DNA of 64,000 nt. Source: Azolla caroliniana. Lineage: Eukaryota; Plantae; Polypodiophyta. The notes under the pieces were generated by a model. It was not told the origin of the DNA. It did no database searches and saw only the letters and a list, made by a program, of their open reading frames with translations. The first letter of the stretch is position 1. Each line of letters starts with the position of its first letter. Shown piece by piece: positions 41,001 through 54,100 of the stretch. Both the position numbers and the translations under genes were made by a program. Location: the NCBI GenBank assembly GCA_043228905.1, contig JBHGNT010000010.1:12028001-12092000 (forward strand), read 5' to 3'.

Positions 41001-43235
41001 TAATTACAAAATCAATAACGATTACAACCGGCAAGCCGACAACGGACCCAACTCAGGCGAACACACACACACACACGATGCTCACGCACGCACACAACCT
41101 GACTGCCCTATGGAGCCTCTGTCGGAAGCACACGGGCTGTCCACGAAGCAGAGGCAACTCAGTCCAAAAACAATCTTGCAGAGAATGACGAACGATGGAG
41201 GAGAGAGCTCGGTCCCCGTCCCACCGCACTTCGTCCTCGCTCCCCAAAACGCGATGATTTTATCCCCCCTTCTTCCTTCCCCTTTTGTAGGCCGTCGAGG
41301 CCTGCCGTTGCACCCTCATTTTCATCAATTTATTCTCTGTCCTTTTGGACGGAGATACTCTTCGATTCCCAAGACTTTCAATGCGTCACCTCTAGTCTCT
41401 TTGCTCCCACCGTCCTACTCCTAGTTATTTACAGGGTATCAATTGGTGTGGAAAAGTGTAGGCCCGATTCATGTGCCCTGCTTCGCTGATTCCGCTTCTA
41501 GCCGATTTTCTTCACGACATCCACCCCCACCAAACCGCGCATCCACCGGTATGCGCCGGAGAGGGATAGATACCGGAGAAAACCAGCTCACGTTCACTCG
41601 TCGCCCTCCGGACTATCGACGTCCCAGAACCGATCGTCATTCTTATCGCTTCCCCGCTCCGGCTCGTCTTCGTACCGCTTCTTGAACATTTTAATCCGCT
41701 TCCTGGCTACTGGCACCGCCAATCGTGTCCCGTCGAGCTCCGCAAGACGGTACGTGCCGTTGTCGTTCGTGCTTGTCACCGCATAGGGTCCGAACCATCT
41801 CCTCGCAAATTTGCGGGTCGCCTTGTGCTGATTATCGAGGTTGTTGTCGTAAACCAGCACCTAGTCGCCTTCCTCGATCTTCTTCGGTCGTAGCCAATGT
41901 GTCCAGTCAAACCGGGTTTTGTTTCGTTCCCTTGCTGCGCGCAGCTTCTCCTTCGCCTGTTCCACGTCCTCCGGCCTCCGCTCAGGTTGCCGGATCCACG
42001 CTGCCAACAACTCTTCCCGACTCATTTCGTCCTTCCAGCCCACCGCGGCCCACGAAGAAATCGTCTGTTCCACCTGCATGATCGGCTTCTGCCCGTACAT
42101 TAGTTCCGTTGGCATGAACCCTGTTACCGAACTGTGCGTAGTCTGGTCTGCCCACAACGCATAGGGTAAGAGCCGCGACCTGTTCCTAACTTGGCCTCCA
42201 CACACCCGTACTAACGCTTTGACGATCGGCCCGTGTCCGCATTCCACCTTCCCGTTAGCCTCCGGATTGTACGCTGTGGTGAGCGAGAGTTTAACCCCTA
42301 GCCAGTGAAACAGCTCTTCCGCCTCTTGCGCGTCCAATTCCCCGCGGTCGGCCATGATCTTACCGACGCACCCATACCGGCATACCACATCTTCGATTAA
42401 AAACCGGCACACGGCCGCAGTCGTTTTGTTCTGCAACGCTCGGCCTTCCACTTGGTTCGTCAGGTCCTCCCGAGCCAGCACCAGATACCGCATTTGCCCT
42501 ACCCCCATCGGCATTGTCACCAGATCCACCATCCACTTGAAGTGGACGGTTGGAGGGTAGGTCGGGTGAAGCTCGTCTCGATGTTGGACTATGGAGTGCA
42601 TCTGACAACTTTCGCAAGTCGTTACGAACCAATGCACGTCCCAGTATAGTCCCGGCCAGCAGTACTTCCCCTTCAGCTTCTCGAATGTGGCCCATGTCCC
42701 GCGGTGTCCGGCCCAAGGGCTCTCGTGGTACTCCATAAGAAGCGCTTTCTGCTCGTCCTCCCTCGCCACCACTCGGAGCGGGATGTCGTTTCTCTTCTTC
42801 GGGTGCTTCCATATGCGCCCTTCCCGTAGGAAGAACCGGTACGCCTTCCTCCGCACCTGGCAGGCCTCTTCTCTCGTCCATGCCGCGTCCGGCGCCATTG
42901 TCCGTAGGAACCTCCCGATTCGGAGCCACTCTTCGTCGTATTCGCTCTCATGGAACTCGTTTAACGCCGGAGTGCTCCCCTTTCTTGTTGTAACGTTGGC
43001 TGACCCGAAGAAGTCCTCGCCGACTTCTTCGTTATCCGAAACCATGCCGTCCTCGTCGTTGAACTGCCCCAGGGGCTTCACTATGAAAGCTTGTATGATA
43101 GCATGTGAGTTCATCAAAAGGGGTTTAAATTAACCATTGAGATACAGAATGTATATATATAAGGGTATTAACAAATGCATAAAAAATATATTTACATAAG
43201 GGTATTATCAATTATGCTATAGAAAAAAATTACAT

Positions 43236-46200
43236 AAGCCCATGAAATATTAGATATTTCAATGAGATAATAAATAATATATTGTGCAAACAATAGTCAA
43301 ATTTGGAGTGGCATACATACAACATACATATACATGCATACATGCATATATGTACCTACATTTAAACATCACATTCATAAACATGTATATACATACATTA
43401 CACCCATTTATACATGCATATTGATTAAACATGAATTGTATACAAATATATATTATCATATGTAGATATGTACATACACATACATAAATACAAATATGTA
43501 AATGCATACATGCTACATACATATTATAATAAGCCCATGAAATATTAGATATTTCAATGAGATAATAAAGAATATATCGTGCAAACAATAGTCAAATTTG
43601 GAGTGGCATACATACATACATACATATCCATGCATATATCTACCTACATTTAAACATTACATCCATAAATATGTTACATGTATATACATACATTACACCC
43701 ATTTATACATGCATACCGACTAAACATGAATAAATTATATACAAATATGTATATATTATCATATGTAGATATGTACATACACATACATAAATACAAATAT
43801 GTAAATGCATACATGCTACATACATATTATAATAAGCCATATGTATTGACAGATAATAATACATGCATAAAAATTACCTATTACACAATATACAAATTTA
43901 CATACACATACATACACTGCATTACATATATACATACATACATATATATACATATATTACATATGTACATACATATTCCACATATCGCAATATATATAGG
44001 TTATATGGAACCATACAACCTACAATACTTACATATATACATACATACATACATACATACATACACACACATCGGATATATGATTACATATTACGTACAT
44101 ATTGAAAATATAAATCCATATATGATCCATACACATACTAGACATGAAAATATCCCAAAAATATACATACATAAATACATTACATATATACAAATGTGTA
44201 CATTCATACATGTACATACATATATTCATTCATAGATTGCTACACATATATACGTACATACATACACACACATCGGATATATGACTGCATATTACGTACA
44301 TATTGAAAACATAAATCCATATACTATCCATACACATACTAGACATGAAAATATCCCAAAAATATACATACATACATACATTAAATATATACACATATGT
44401 ACATTCATACATGTCCATACATATATTCATTCATAGATTGCTACACATATATACATACTTACATACACACACATCGGATATATGACTGCATATTACGTAC
44501 ATATTGAAAACATAAATCCATATACTATCCATACACATACTAGACATGAAAATATCCCAAAAATAATACATTACATATATACACATACGTACATTCATAC
44601 TTGTACATACATATATTCATTCATAGATTGCTACACATATATACGTACATATGCCTACAATGTTACATATACAAATTTTACAAACATACATACATACATA
44701 CATTACATATGTACATACATATCACACATACACGAACATAGACACACACAAGATCATACACACTATAATAGTACATATATGCATACACATACATACATTA
44801 GACATATACATACATATTATGCACATATTATAAACACACATCCAGACACATTAAATCATGTGCATTGACACATGCATACATGTACATACATACATATTCC
44901 ACATATCACTATATATATAGGTCATACAAGTTACAATACTTTCATACACACACACATTAGATATACATATGCTTACACATACATTGGATATATTCATGCA
45001 TATTATGTGATATTGCAAACATACATCCATATATGAGCCATAAACATACTAAACACGATAAATACACCAAAAATATACATACATAAATACATTACATATT
45101 ACATGTATACACATATATGCATTCATACATGGACATACATATATTCATTCATACACTGCTACACGTATATAGGTACGCATGCCTACAATGATACTTGTAT
45201 AAATGTTACCAACTTACATACATACATGTACATACATGCATGCATGCATACATACATACACACATACATACGTGCATGTGTAAATATGTATGTGGTGTGT
45301 GTATTATATGCATGAATAGACACACATAACACATACACATGTGCCATACATACAATACATACATATGGACATGTAAAGAATATATATACACACACATGCC
45401 ATACATATGATACATTCAACACATGCAATACAATACAATATGTACATACACACACATACATATATACACATGCAATACAATACATACATATGAACATCAA
45501 TAGAAAATACAAACACACACACACACAACACATACATACATAGCCACATGATAGATATACAATGTACATAATACATACATACATATGTAGAAATATAGAA
45601 TACACACACACATATAACACATACATACGTACACACATACATACACACATATAACACATATGTGCATGGACACATGCCATACATACAATACATACATATG
45701 CTACATGCCATACATACAATACATACATATGCTACATGCCATACATACAATGCACATATACAATAATGCAATTAATACAAAATGATACAATACAATAAAA
45801 TGCAATACATGTACATACATGCATATACACATCGATACATACACACAACACATACATATATATGCATAGTCACATGCCATACATACATCACATGCAACAC
45901 AATACAATATGTATGTCATACATACACATGCACACATGCCATACATACAATGCATATATACAATAATGCAATTAAAACAAAACGATACGATACAATACAA
46001 TGCAATACAACATGTACATACATACATATACACATCAATACATACACACAACATATACATACATAAACATGCATATACGCATCAATACATACACATAACA
46101 CATACATATATATGCATGCAATACAATATAGATGCACATATACAGAACATACACATACATGCTATATATATAAATTTACATACAATACATACTTAAGCAC

Positions 46201-46490
46201 AAGTATAAAACATATACATACATACACACATGCAATACAATGCACATACATAGAACATACAATACATATGCAATACATAGAACATACAATATATGCATGC
46301 AATACATATGCACATACACATAAGCACATAACACATACCCTACATACTCACATGCCATACACACAAACATACAATATAATATGTAATACACTCACATGCC
46401 ATACATACATACACACAACACAATGAGAATCCCATCAAACAATATGTACCTACCTACATACATATATACAACATACACACATTGTTTTTA
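43236..46490. repeat. G-poor cryptic (ACAT/AC/AT) array with higher-order units of ~294 bp (x2) and ~201 bp (x3 or more)
   Basis: AAGCCCATGAAATATTAGATATTTC at ~43236 and ~43530. CATCGGATATATGA at ~44070, ~44271 and ~44472. A second ACAT block lies at 49535-49770. Confidence 0.85.
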
Positions 46491-46582
46491 AAACACTAAT
46501 TGTTTGAAAAAATGGGGGAAGAAAAAGGGGGGAGATTAGATAGATATGTGTTGTTAGCAAAAAGTGGGGGAAAAAGAAGAAA

Positions 46583-46624
<42 letters not shown>

Positions 46625-46700
46625 CATCTTTGTTAATTGTTTCTCTTCCTTTTTCTCAAAGGAGGAACAAGATAGAGAGAGACAAGGTTTACCTGTATCT

Positions 46701-47052
46701 ATGGTCGTCTTCACCTTCATCAGCAGAAGCGGCGACGACTCTTGGAGTGCTAAGCAACACCTTGCTTCTGAGGACGGAGTTTGCCTTGAGGGATCCGCTG
46801 ATTCTTCCTTCAATCTTTAGCGCTTGCTTATGAAGCTCTCTCTCTCTCTCTCTCTTATGGCGCTTTTGGATCGGTCTTCTAGGTAATCATTGGCGGTGGA
46901 ACAAGGGCGGCTTTGTGTCTAATGGTGCAATAACATCGGTTGTGGGTGGGGGTGGGGGTAGTGGTGGTGCTCCTATTGTAGAAGAGAAGGAAGAAGTAAA
47001 AGAGAAAGAAGAAGACAACGATGATGATATGGGATTCTCATTGTTTGATTAA
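46701..47052 (+). pseudogene. RPP3: Captured 60S acidic ribosomal protein P3 pseudogene inside element F
   Basis: MVVFTFISRSGDDSWSAKQH...LEGSADSSFNL*RLL...SVF*VIIGGG...EEDNDDDMGFSLFD*. This matches plant P3 (MGVFTFV...W.AKQ...LQRKL...VFQVIIGGG) plus the acidic P-protein tail. Two CAG>TAG stops and an internal deletion. Confidence 0.85.
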
Positions 47053-47378
47053 AATTAATTAATTCAACTATCTGAGTAGAGGTAGCGTCTTTTTGTTTGC
47101 ATTTTTTATCGGCCTTTTCCCCTTTATTGGGTCTAGTTGCTTAGAAATAGTAGCTATTGGGAATTTATTTGTAAGGGTTTTTTCTTCATGAATGGATTTA
47201 TGTATGTTTACACTTTGGAGTTATCAATAGTAAGTGAGTTGCTTTGGTTTCAGAGAGAGAGAGAGAGAGAGGAAAAGAAAGCAAAGAGAGCAAGAGAGGA
47301 GCCATGAGTGTGATCGACCTCTTCGAAGTGACCTCCTTTGGCAAGCAAGGATGTGTAGGATGAGCTACAAGAAGGTGA

Positions 47379-47760
47379 GAATTTGTGGCCATTAGGATCC
47401 AAACCACTTTTCGAGGGTTATTGATTTAGTACCATATCAATTTTTTACCATATTCATATGTGTGCATGTGTATTTGCATATGCATGGTTGTGTTTGTATG
47501 TGTCTATTTGTATGCATGTATGAATGCATGCACACATGCATTGGTAGCATTCCATCTCATGTTCTTTTTTTCCATGTTAATTTGTGTATTTGCTATTGTC
47601 ATTTCACAAGCAAGAAGAATTCTTTTGGTCTTGAGAAGTCTCATGGGGAGCTCATGATGGCGGTGCTTTCTCTAGGAAGACCAAGTTTGATTCGAGTAAG
47701 GCTACATTGTGAGGCAAGTTGTGAAGAGTATTGTTGCAGCAACAAGACTTGCTCGTCATT
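47379..47760 (+). pseudogene. Captured IQ67-domain (IQD) gene fragment with its intron, inside element F
   Basis: EFVAIRIQTTFRGLL (47379-47423), then ~186 bp of intron-like sequence, then ARRILLVLRSL (47610 onward). Compare IQD AAIRIQTAFRGYL^ARRALRALKGL, which has a conserved phase-0 intron at that position. Confidence 0.7.
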
Positions 47761-48045
47761 GCATTGTCCCGGTATGTATTCTTCTTGTGACCTTGGTGGA
47801 TGTTGAACCTTGTTCTTTACTCATTGTGGCACACTTTGTCCTTTTTCATGCAAATAAATTCATGAGAAAAGATTGAACACTATTCTTCTTAGGAGCTTAG
47901 TAGAATCCAAGTTTGGTTGTGCATATTCGTCAAGGAATGTATAATAGTTTAGGAAAATGTATTCATTGTGTTTCCTTTTTATTCTTGAAATTGAAACGAA
48001 ATGATGAGAAATTGTTTTACTTCAAGAAACCCTAATCCCAATGTT

Positions 48046-48195
48046 TTTCGATCTTAGATGATGGCTATCCACCTCGACCTTTGTAGAGGCAGAAACAAAC
48101 ATAACTAGAAGACCCCTACATATGGTCACTTTGGTCGTAATGACCCCGACTTCATTTGGGAAATTGTTAAGCCATTGAAGTGGGAGAAAACTTAG
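48046..48195 (+). pseudogene. Captured C-terminus of S-adenosylmethionine synthetase inside element F
   Basis: FR..[43 protein letters not shown], compared with plant SAMS [45 protein letters not shown]. Confidence 0.9.
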
Positions 48196-51100
48196 CTCGA
48201 CTTAACTTTTGATTAGTTATTGTCAAAATGAAACAAAAAGCCGACAAAATTTACTATTATGACTAAGGGTTTTGCGTATGATCTATGTCTTTCTTTCTAT
48301 TAGAGAAGTATGCAAAAATAAGAATGAAATGGTTGGAAAGGAAAGTATAGAGGGAGATGATATTTTGCTTATTCCAAATTTTTTCTCTTAAAACTCCTTT
48401 TTAACTAATATGGGAGTTTTGTCCCATTTGTTTGAAGTTTTTTCTTCAAATATTTGCTTTCTTTTCATTATCTCAAATGGAAGAAAAATAATGGGCTATT
48501 TATAAGAGAGCACAACAACAAATATTCATGTACTATTTGTGGTGATGGAGATGTTGAGTTACTTGGATATCTTCATCAAAGACTCGTTGTGCTTAATTCC
48601 TTTTCTAGATGATATCTTTGTATTTAAGGATATGGAGTTTTCAATACTTGAGACTAGGCTTCACACCTAACTAGTTTTTATTTTGGTGTTCAGTTATGCT
48701 AAGAATGCACCATCAAGGCTCTCATACCATGAGTTTGTTTTGAGGCTCGCTATCAAGGGAGGTCGAAGCATGCATTTCTTCCTATGATTGCCTTTTGTTC
48801 TATAAGTATGGATGGTCTTCATTCTTTTCATGACTTTTTGGATTTGGAGGTTGACATTTATTAGGTTATTAGGAACATTTTTGAAGCCAAGTGGGTGTTT
48901 CTTTTCATTGAATCCCACCCACTTTAATCTTCACTGACCGTGTTTGTGGATTTTTATTATCACCTAACATTGTATTCATCTTTCTTGGTGCTACATCATT
49001 AGGAGAATGCAAGGTCCTCATTTCTACTTGTTGTAAAGGAAGGAGATTGATAAATAAATCATTGCATGTGTTGTAATATATTACTTTCCTCTCATCTTAT
49101 GAATCATTGTTTGTTTGAAACATTATTTGAATTGTAGGTATTTCATTATTATAGCAAGTTGGTTTTGCATGTGTTTGTTTGTTGCAAACTATATAATCTA
49201 AAGAAAAGGTGTATTAGAAAGAGATGTTGTATTGCCAATAGTGTGATTGATACGTATGTCAAATGTGGCTTGACCCATGTAGCACATATATGCTTGATAA
49301 GTTTCACATATTGAATTAGTTATATATTAATCTCTTCCTCGTTAAATAATGTTGTGATGTGAGAAGTCATTGAGCATTTGAAGGAACTTCTTGTAGTGAT
49401 GGGGTATTCATGATGATTGTTGATGAAATTTCGTGAAGTTTAAATACAGAATAGAATTAAACCAAATAATGAACTCTTAAGACTTTATTAATAAAAGAAT
49501 ATCTATGATTTAGGTGCAAATAGACATGAGCCCCCTACACACATACACACATAACACGTAGATACATACACACATGTCATACAACTAAGATATACCACAC
49601 ATACAATATAATACATACATAAATAAACATGGAATACGATACATACATAAATAAACATGGAATACGATACATACATATGAACACACACATAACACATACA
49701 TACATAAAATATATACAACATATGCAATACAATATAATACATACATACACACATGTAAAAAGCATACATGTGTCTTCTATGTAAGGGCATTTAAAATGAG
49801 TTGTTGTCAAAATATAAGGAGTATTTTTATTAACCGTGTTTTTATAGAAGGGTATCTAAAATGGTAAAAACCATATGTATAAGGGGTTTATAAAAGGTGT
49901 CATGAACGCACGTGATATAACCTCTTTATATATAGTGGAGCCCCCGGGTGAACTGCGCCCTTGAAAGCATATCAGCCATGGCATTATCTTTCCCGGAGAT
50001 GTACCGTATCTCTGGGTTCAGGGACTTGATGTACGCGATCCACCTAAGCATCGCCAGGTCCGAAGTCGCGCATCCGGAGACCATACCCAGAATCGGTAGG
50101 CAGTCTCTCTCGATGATCACTCCCGTCCCGATCGGATAGTCCTTGTCGGCCTTGACTGCCGAAACGATACCCCATAGCTCGCGCTTAACTTGGGCGTATC
50201 CTCGCTGCCGCTCGCTCAATACCTTCGCCCCGAACCGGATCGGGAACCATACGCCGTCCTTGTCCTCCTGACTGATCACCCACCCGATCCCGGTCGGGCT
50301 CATGTCCACCGTCACGTAGATGGGGACTTCCTTGCCGTAAACCGCTTTTCGGAGAGCCAGTGCTGCGGCGAGCGCCTCCTTCAGTCTCCGGACCGACTCC
50401 GTGTGCTTGTCTCTCCACTTGAATTTACACCCTTTCTTCAATAGCCCGTAGAGCGGTTCCGCGACATGCGCGTAGTGTGGAATCCAGATGTGGTAGAACG
50501 TGCACGCACCCAAGAATATGCGGACCTCTGTAACCAACCTGTAGTCGTCCTGCATTACGGAGATGGCTTCTACCTTCGCCGGGGATGGTTTCCGGCCATA
50601 GGGCCTGCACAGGTGTCCGACTACCATGATCTCTGTTTGCCCGAACGCTGATTTCTGTCCGGAGAAGGTGAGCCGCGCGCTCTCGAGCCTCTACAACACC
50701 TTATCGCAGTCGTTGATGTGGTTCACGACGAACCTTCGGCATCCGTCCGGCCCGACCGTTTCGTCCGCATCCTCCACCGGACACCCCTTTATCGGTACGT
50801 CGTTTAGGAATGACATAATGATGTTCGGGATGCAATCCCTCAGCACCTTGTTCATTGCATTCACCATGTGCGCCACCGAATTCGTTCCTCCTTGCGGTAG
50901 GGTACACATTCGCACCAAGCCAAGAGGAGTCTGCATTGTTGTGATGTCCCTGCTCTCTACGACTAGTTGGAACTGGTCGTACCCCGAGTATAAGTCACCG
51001 ACCGAATAGATCGACCTTCTGACGAAGGCCTCCGCGAACTCGTCTATGGTCGGCCTGATTCCTACGTTACGGACGGTCACCTTGTTGACCGGTTGCAGGT

Positions 51101-54100
51101 CCTGTATGAAGCGCAACACGCCATTCTTCTTTGGTATCGTGAACCACCGATTCGAGTATGGGGCACTCGACGGTTCGAGGGTGCCCATATCCACCTTCTG
51201 CTTCAGTAGCTCCATCAACATCGGGATGTGAGCTCTGGGCACCGGAATCGGTTTGAGATTCCACGGCACATGCGGTACTGTGAAGATCACCATTGGCTCG
51301 ACGATCGTCGGGTCTACGCACCCGATCTCCTCCTGCGAGAATGTGAAGGCCTTCCTGTGCCTTCCAAGCATTCTCCGAAACCGGTCTTCTTCCGCCGGCA
51401 GTAGGAAGCCACCCCCACCGATCTTGAGCTCCCGTAACGTTATGTCGATGAACGTGTGTCCTATGCTGGCTGGATCTCGTAAACTTGGGTCCGACGCGAC
51501 CCCTTTTATCCGTAACTCACTGCCCTCCGGCAAGGCTGCCGCGACTGGCCTCACCTTCCGGTCCACAGTCTTGTACTTCGTATCCACTCGGGCTGTCCGA
51601 TTCGACTCGAGTCCATTACCAAAGTTGGCGATGACTTTGTACATCTCTTCCGAACATACCGGAATCGTCCGGTCCTCAGTAAGGCCTTCTCCGAGCATCT
51701 CCCGTAACCTCCCCAAGGTGTCGTCGAAAGAGACCGCCTCCATGGCTCTATTGATTTCCTCTTCAGGGCCGAGGACTCCGCATGCCCGAAGTCGTTCCTC
51801 TGCCCGCTTCTTTTCCCGGCTAGCTACGCCGGTTATCATACAACCTCCATTTTCAGAGAGCCAAATTTTCCTACCTATGATACATGTGTGGGGTTCTTCC
51901 GGGGTGTCCGGACTATCACGGCCCCACGCTTTGATAGCCCTCTCTAAAAGTCCCCTTGGTTGTCGCCGCCGAGGGTCTCGCGGTTCCTCTCGTGGTTGGG
52001 TCGCACTGTCATGAATTGGACGGAATGCCGACCATCTTGGCTCTTGACGCGCGCATACGTCGAACTGTTGTCCAGTACCTTCGTCTCCATGCGTGCTGCC
52101 GTAATGTACGGTTCGCTAGAATTACCAGGTGCGAGGAAGTCTCCTACACGAAGAAATGTTGATCTATCTCGACGTCGCCGATCTTCACGCGTATGTTCGG
52201 GCACACACCATGCATCTCCTTTGTAGCGCGCATCGCCGCGCGTATCTTCCACCCGTGCTCGGTGTTGATCGGCCATTTCCCCTTTTTATAGAAGTCCATG
52301 GACATCAGGTTGATCTCCGAACCGTGGTCTACTAATGCCACCATCGGCTCCTGGACGTCGTCGATCCGAACAAGGGCTTCCGTAGTGGCCCTAGGCCAAT
52401 GCGGCTTCGCGTAGTGGCTTTCCGCCAACTCATCCTCTAGGGCCGTGTCTTTTAAGTGCGTCGTCCGCACTTCCACCGGCCTCTCCGGTTCCGGCTCCGT
52501 CGAGAGCCTCTTCCGCTTCACCAAGTCCACGATGGAGTCGTGGAACTCCTTCTTGGCGATTCCCAGCACCTCCCATAATGACAACTCGACCTTGCTATCG
52601 AGAATTCTCTCTTCCAGGACCTTCCGCAGGTCCGTTGTTCGTTCGATTTCGGTGCTCAGCCGGAAACCGGCCTGCTTTTTCTTCTCCGGTGTGCCGGCGT
52701 TGGCGGCCTCATTCGGCTTCGGTCCGAACCGGGTCTCGTACCGTTGTGAGGGGCCGCCCCCTCCGGCCTTTCCCGCGCGCTCGTCTTGTCTTCTACCAGA
52801 ACCTCGTAGTTCTAGCATGCGGCTGCCACGAAGCCAGTCTTTTCTTCCACCACGCGTCCCATCCGGTGACCTCTGGATCCGTTGTTCCGCGTGGTTTTCC
52901 TCTTCCTTCTTCAGCCATACTCCGGAGAGACCCTCTAGCACTAGCGGCTAGAATCCAGAGTCCTTCGCTTTCCGGGCCTCATCACCCCCGACCCGGATTC
53001 CCGCCGACGCCGAGTAGTTAACGGGCAGGTCTCGCTCGCGTGCACCCACCCGTTCCAGAGGTATACCACGTTGGTCCCGAGTGCCTTGGCGAAATCTGCG
53101 CATTCTTTCCGGATGTGGCCGATCACGTCGCACCACATGCACCGCTGCCCCGCCGACGACCTTCGGTCACGAGACTGTTCGCCGTTGTCCCTCTGGACTT
53201 GTGCGATTTGGAGATCTCGCACCATCTGCGACAACTCTTCTAGAGCTGCGCCTCCGGAGGGACCTTTGACCATTCCACTCGAGGCTGAGCCCGTCTCAAG
53301 CCAACTCCGAGTTTCTTCCTTCCTAGCCGGTACCGACACCGGCTCCTCGAGCTCCCTCGCCGGGACCGGCCTTGCCGCCGATGAGCTCTTGTCGCTCCAC
53401 TCGTGCTGCTTGTCGAAACGACAGTAGACCCTCCTTACCATGGCCCAGTCTGCCGTGAGCCCTTCATCCGTTTCCAACAGGAGACCCACCTTCTCCCGGT
53501 CCATGGTGTCCACCGACTTGACGAATAGTAGTACCTAGCTTGTGTCGAGCACGGTCCGGTCTAGCGTTGACAGCCGTGCGAACCGTTTCTTGAACTCCTG
53601 GAGGAGTGTCGATGCGTTCCTCCCCTTCCTAGGGCTCTCAACCCATGCCATGAAGTCTCGCTTCGACAACCGAAGTGATTCATCGAACCCATACATCTCG
53701 AGGAGCCGTAGCTCGAACTCCTCCCAAGTCTGGCATCCGGCTAGCACCTTGAGCACCTCTGCGTGGATGCTCGGCGTCACCACCCGAGGGAATCCGGACA
53801 ACCGCCTGTCCACCGAGATATCCCTCATGATCATTTCGGCCCGATAGGCCTCCAAGTAGCTCGTGGCATTCTTCCCACCGAATCGACCTATGGTGCCAAC
53901 GATCGACTCAATGGCCCTGTCGAGGGCACCCGTTCCCTCGCGAGCGCTCACTAGCCGGTCGACGGCTGCGTCCATAGCTTCAGCAAGCTCGGATCCCCTC
54001 ATCCTTCACTCCTTTGCCACCTTTTTCACGTCAGGTTCACAAGATATGTCGAGTTGTTACACTCTTCGCGTGTGGAAAGAGGCGGGACCGTAGGGGCCTT

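Larger units (their letters stand above)
43068..49948. mobile_element. Element F: non-autonomous TIR DNA transposon (Pack-type, 6.9 kb) in gypsy E pol
   Basis: TIRs CCCAGGGGCTTCACTAT and ATAGTGGAGCCCCCGGG (15/17 match). 8-bp TSD TGAACTGC (43060-43067 and 49949-49956). Removing the element restores gypsy E MLSRAQFNDEDGMV. No transposase ORF seen. Confidence 0.9.

Noticed and set aside
40852-41424. 190-aa ORF repeated at 54014-54604
   Set aside because: Both copies lie in the two LTRs of gypsy E, antisense to the element, with no recognisable domain. LTR identity explains the repetition.
43259-46426. Many His/Tyr/Cys/Met-rich ORFs
   Set aside because: These are translations of ACAT/TGTA simple sequence, not genes.
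48694-48805. AG...GT-bounded exon-like segment in element F, and CTICGDG at ~48529
   Set aside because: Possibly further cargo, but I cannot assign a parent gene without a search.
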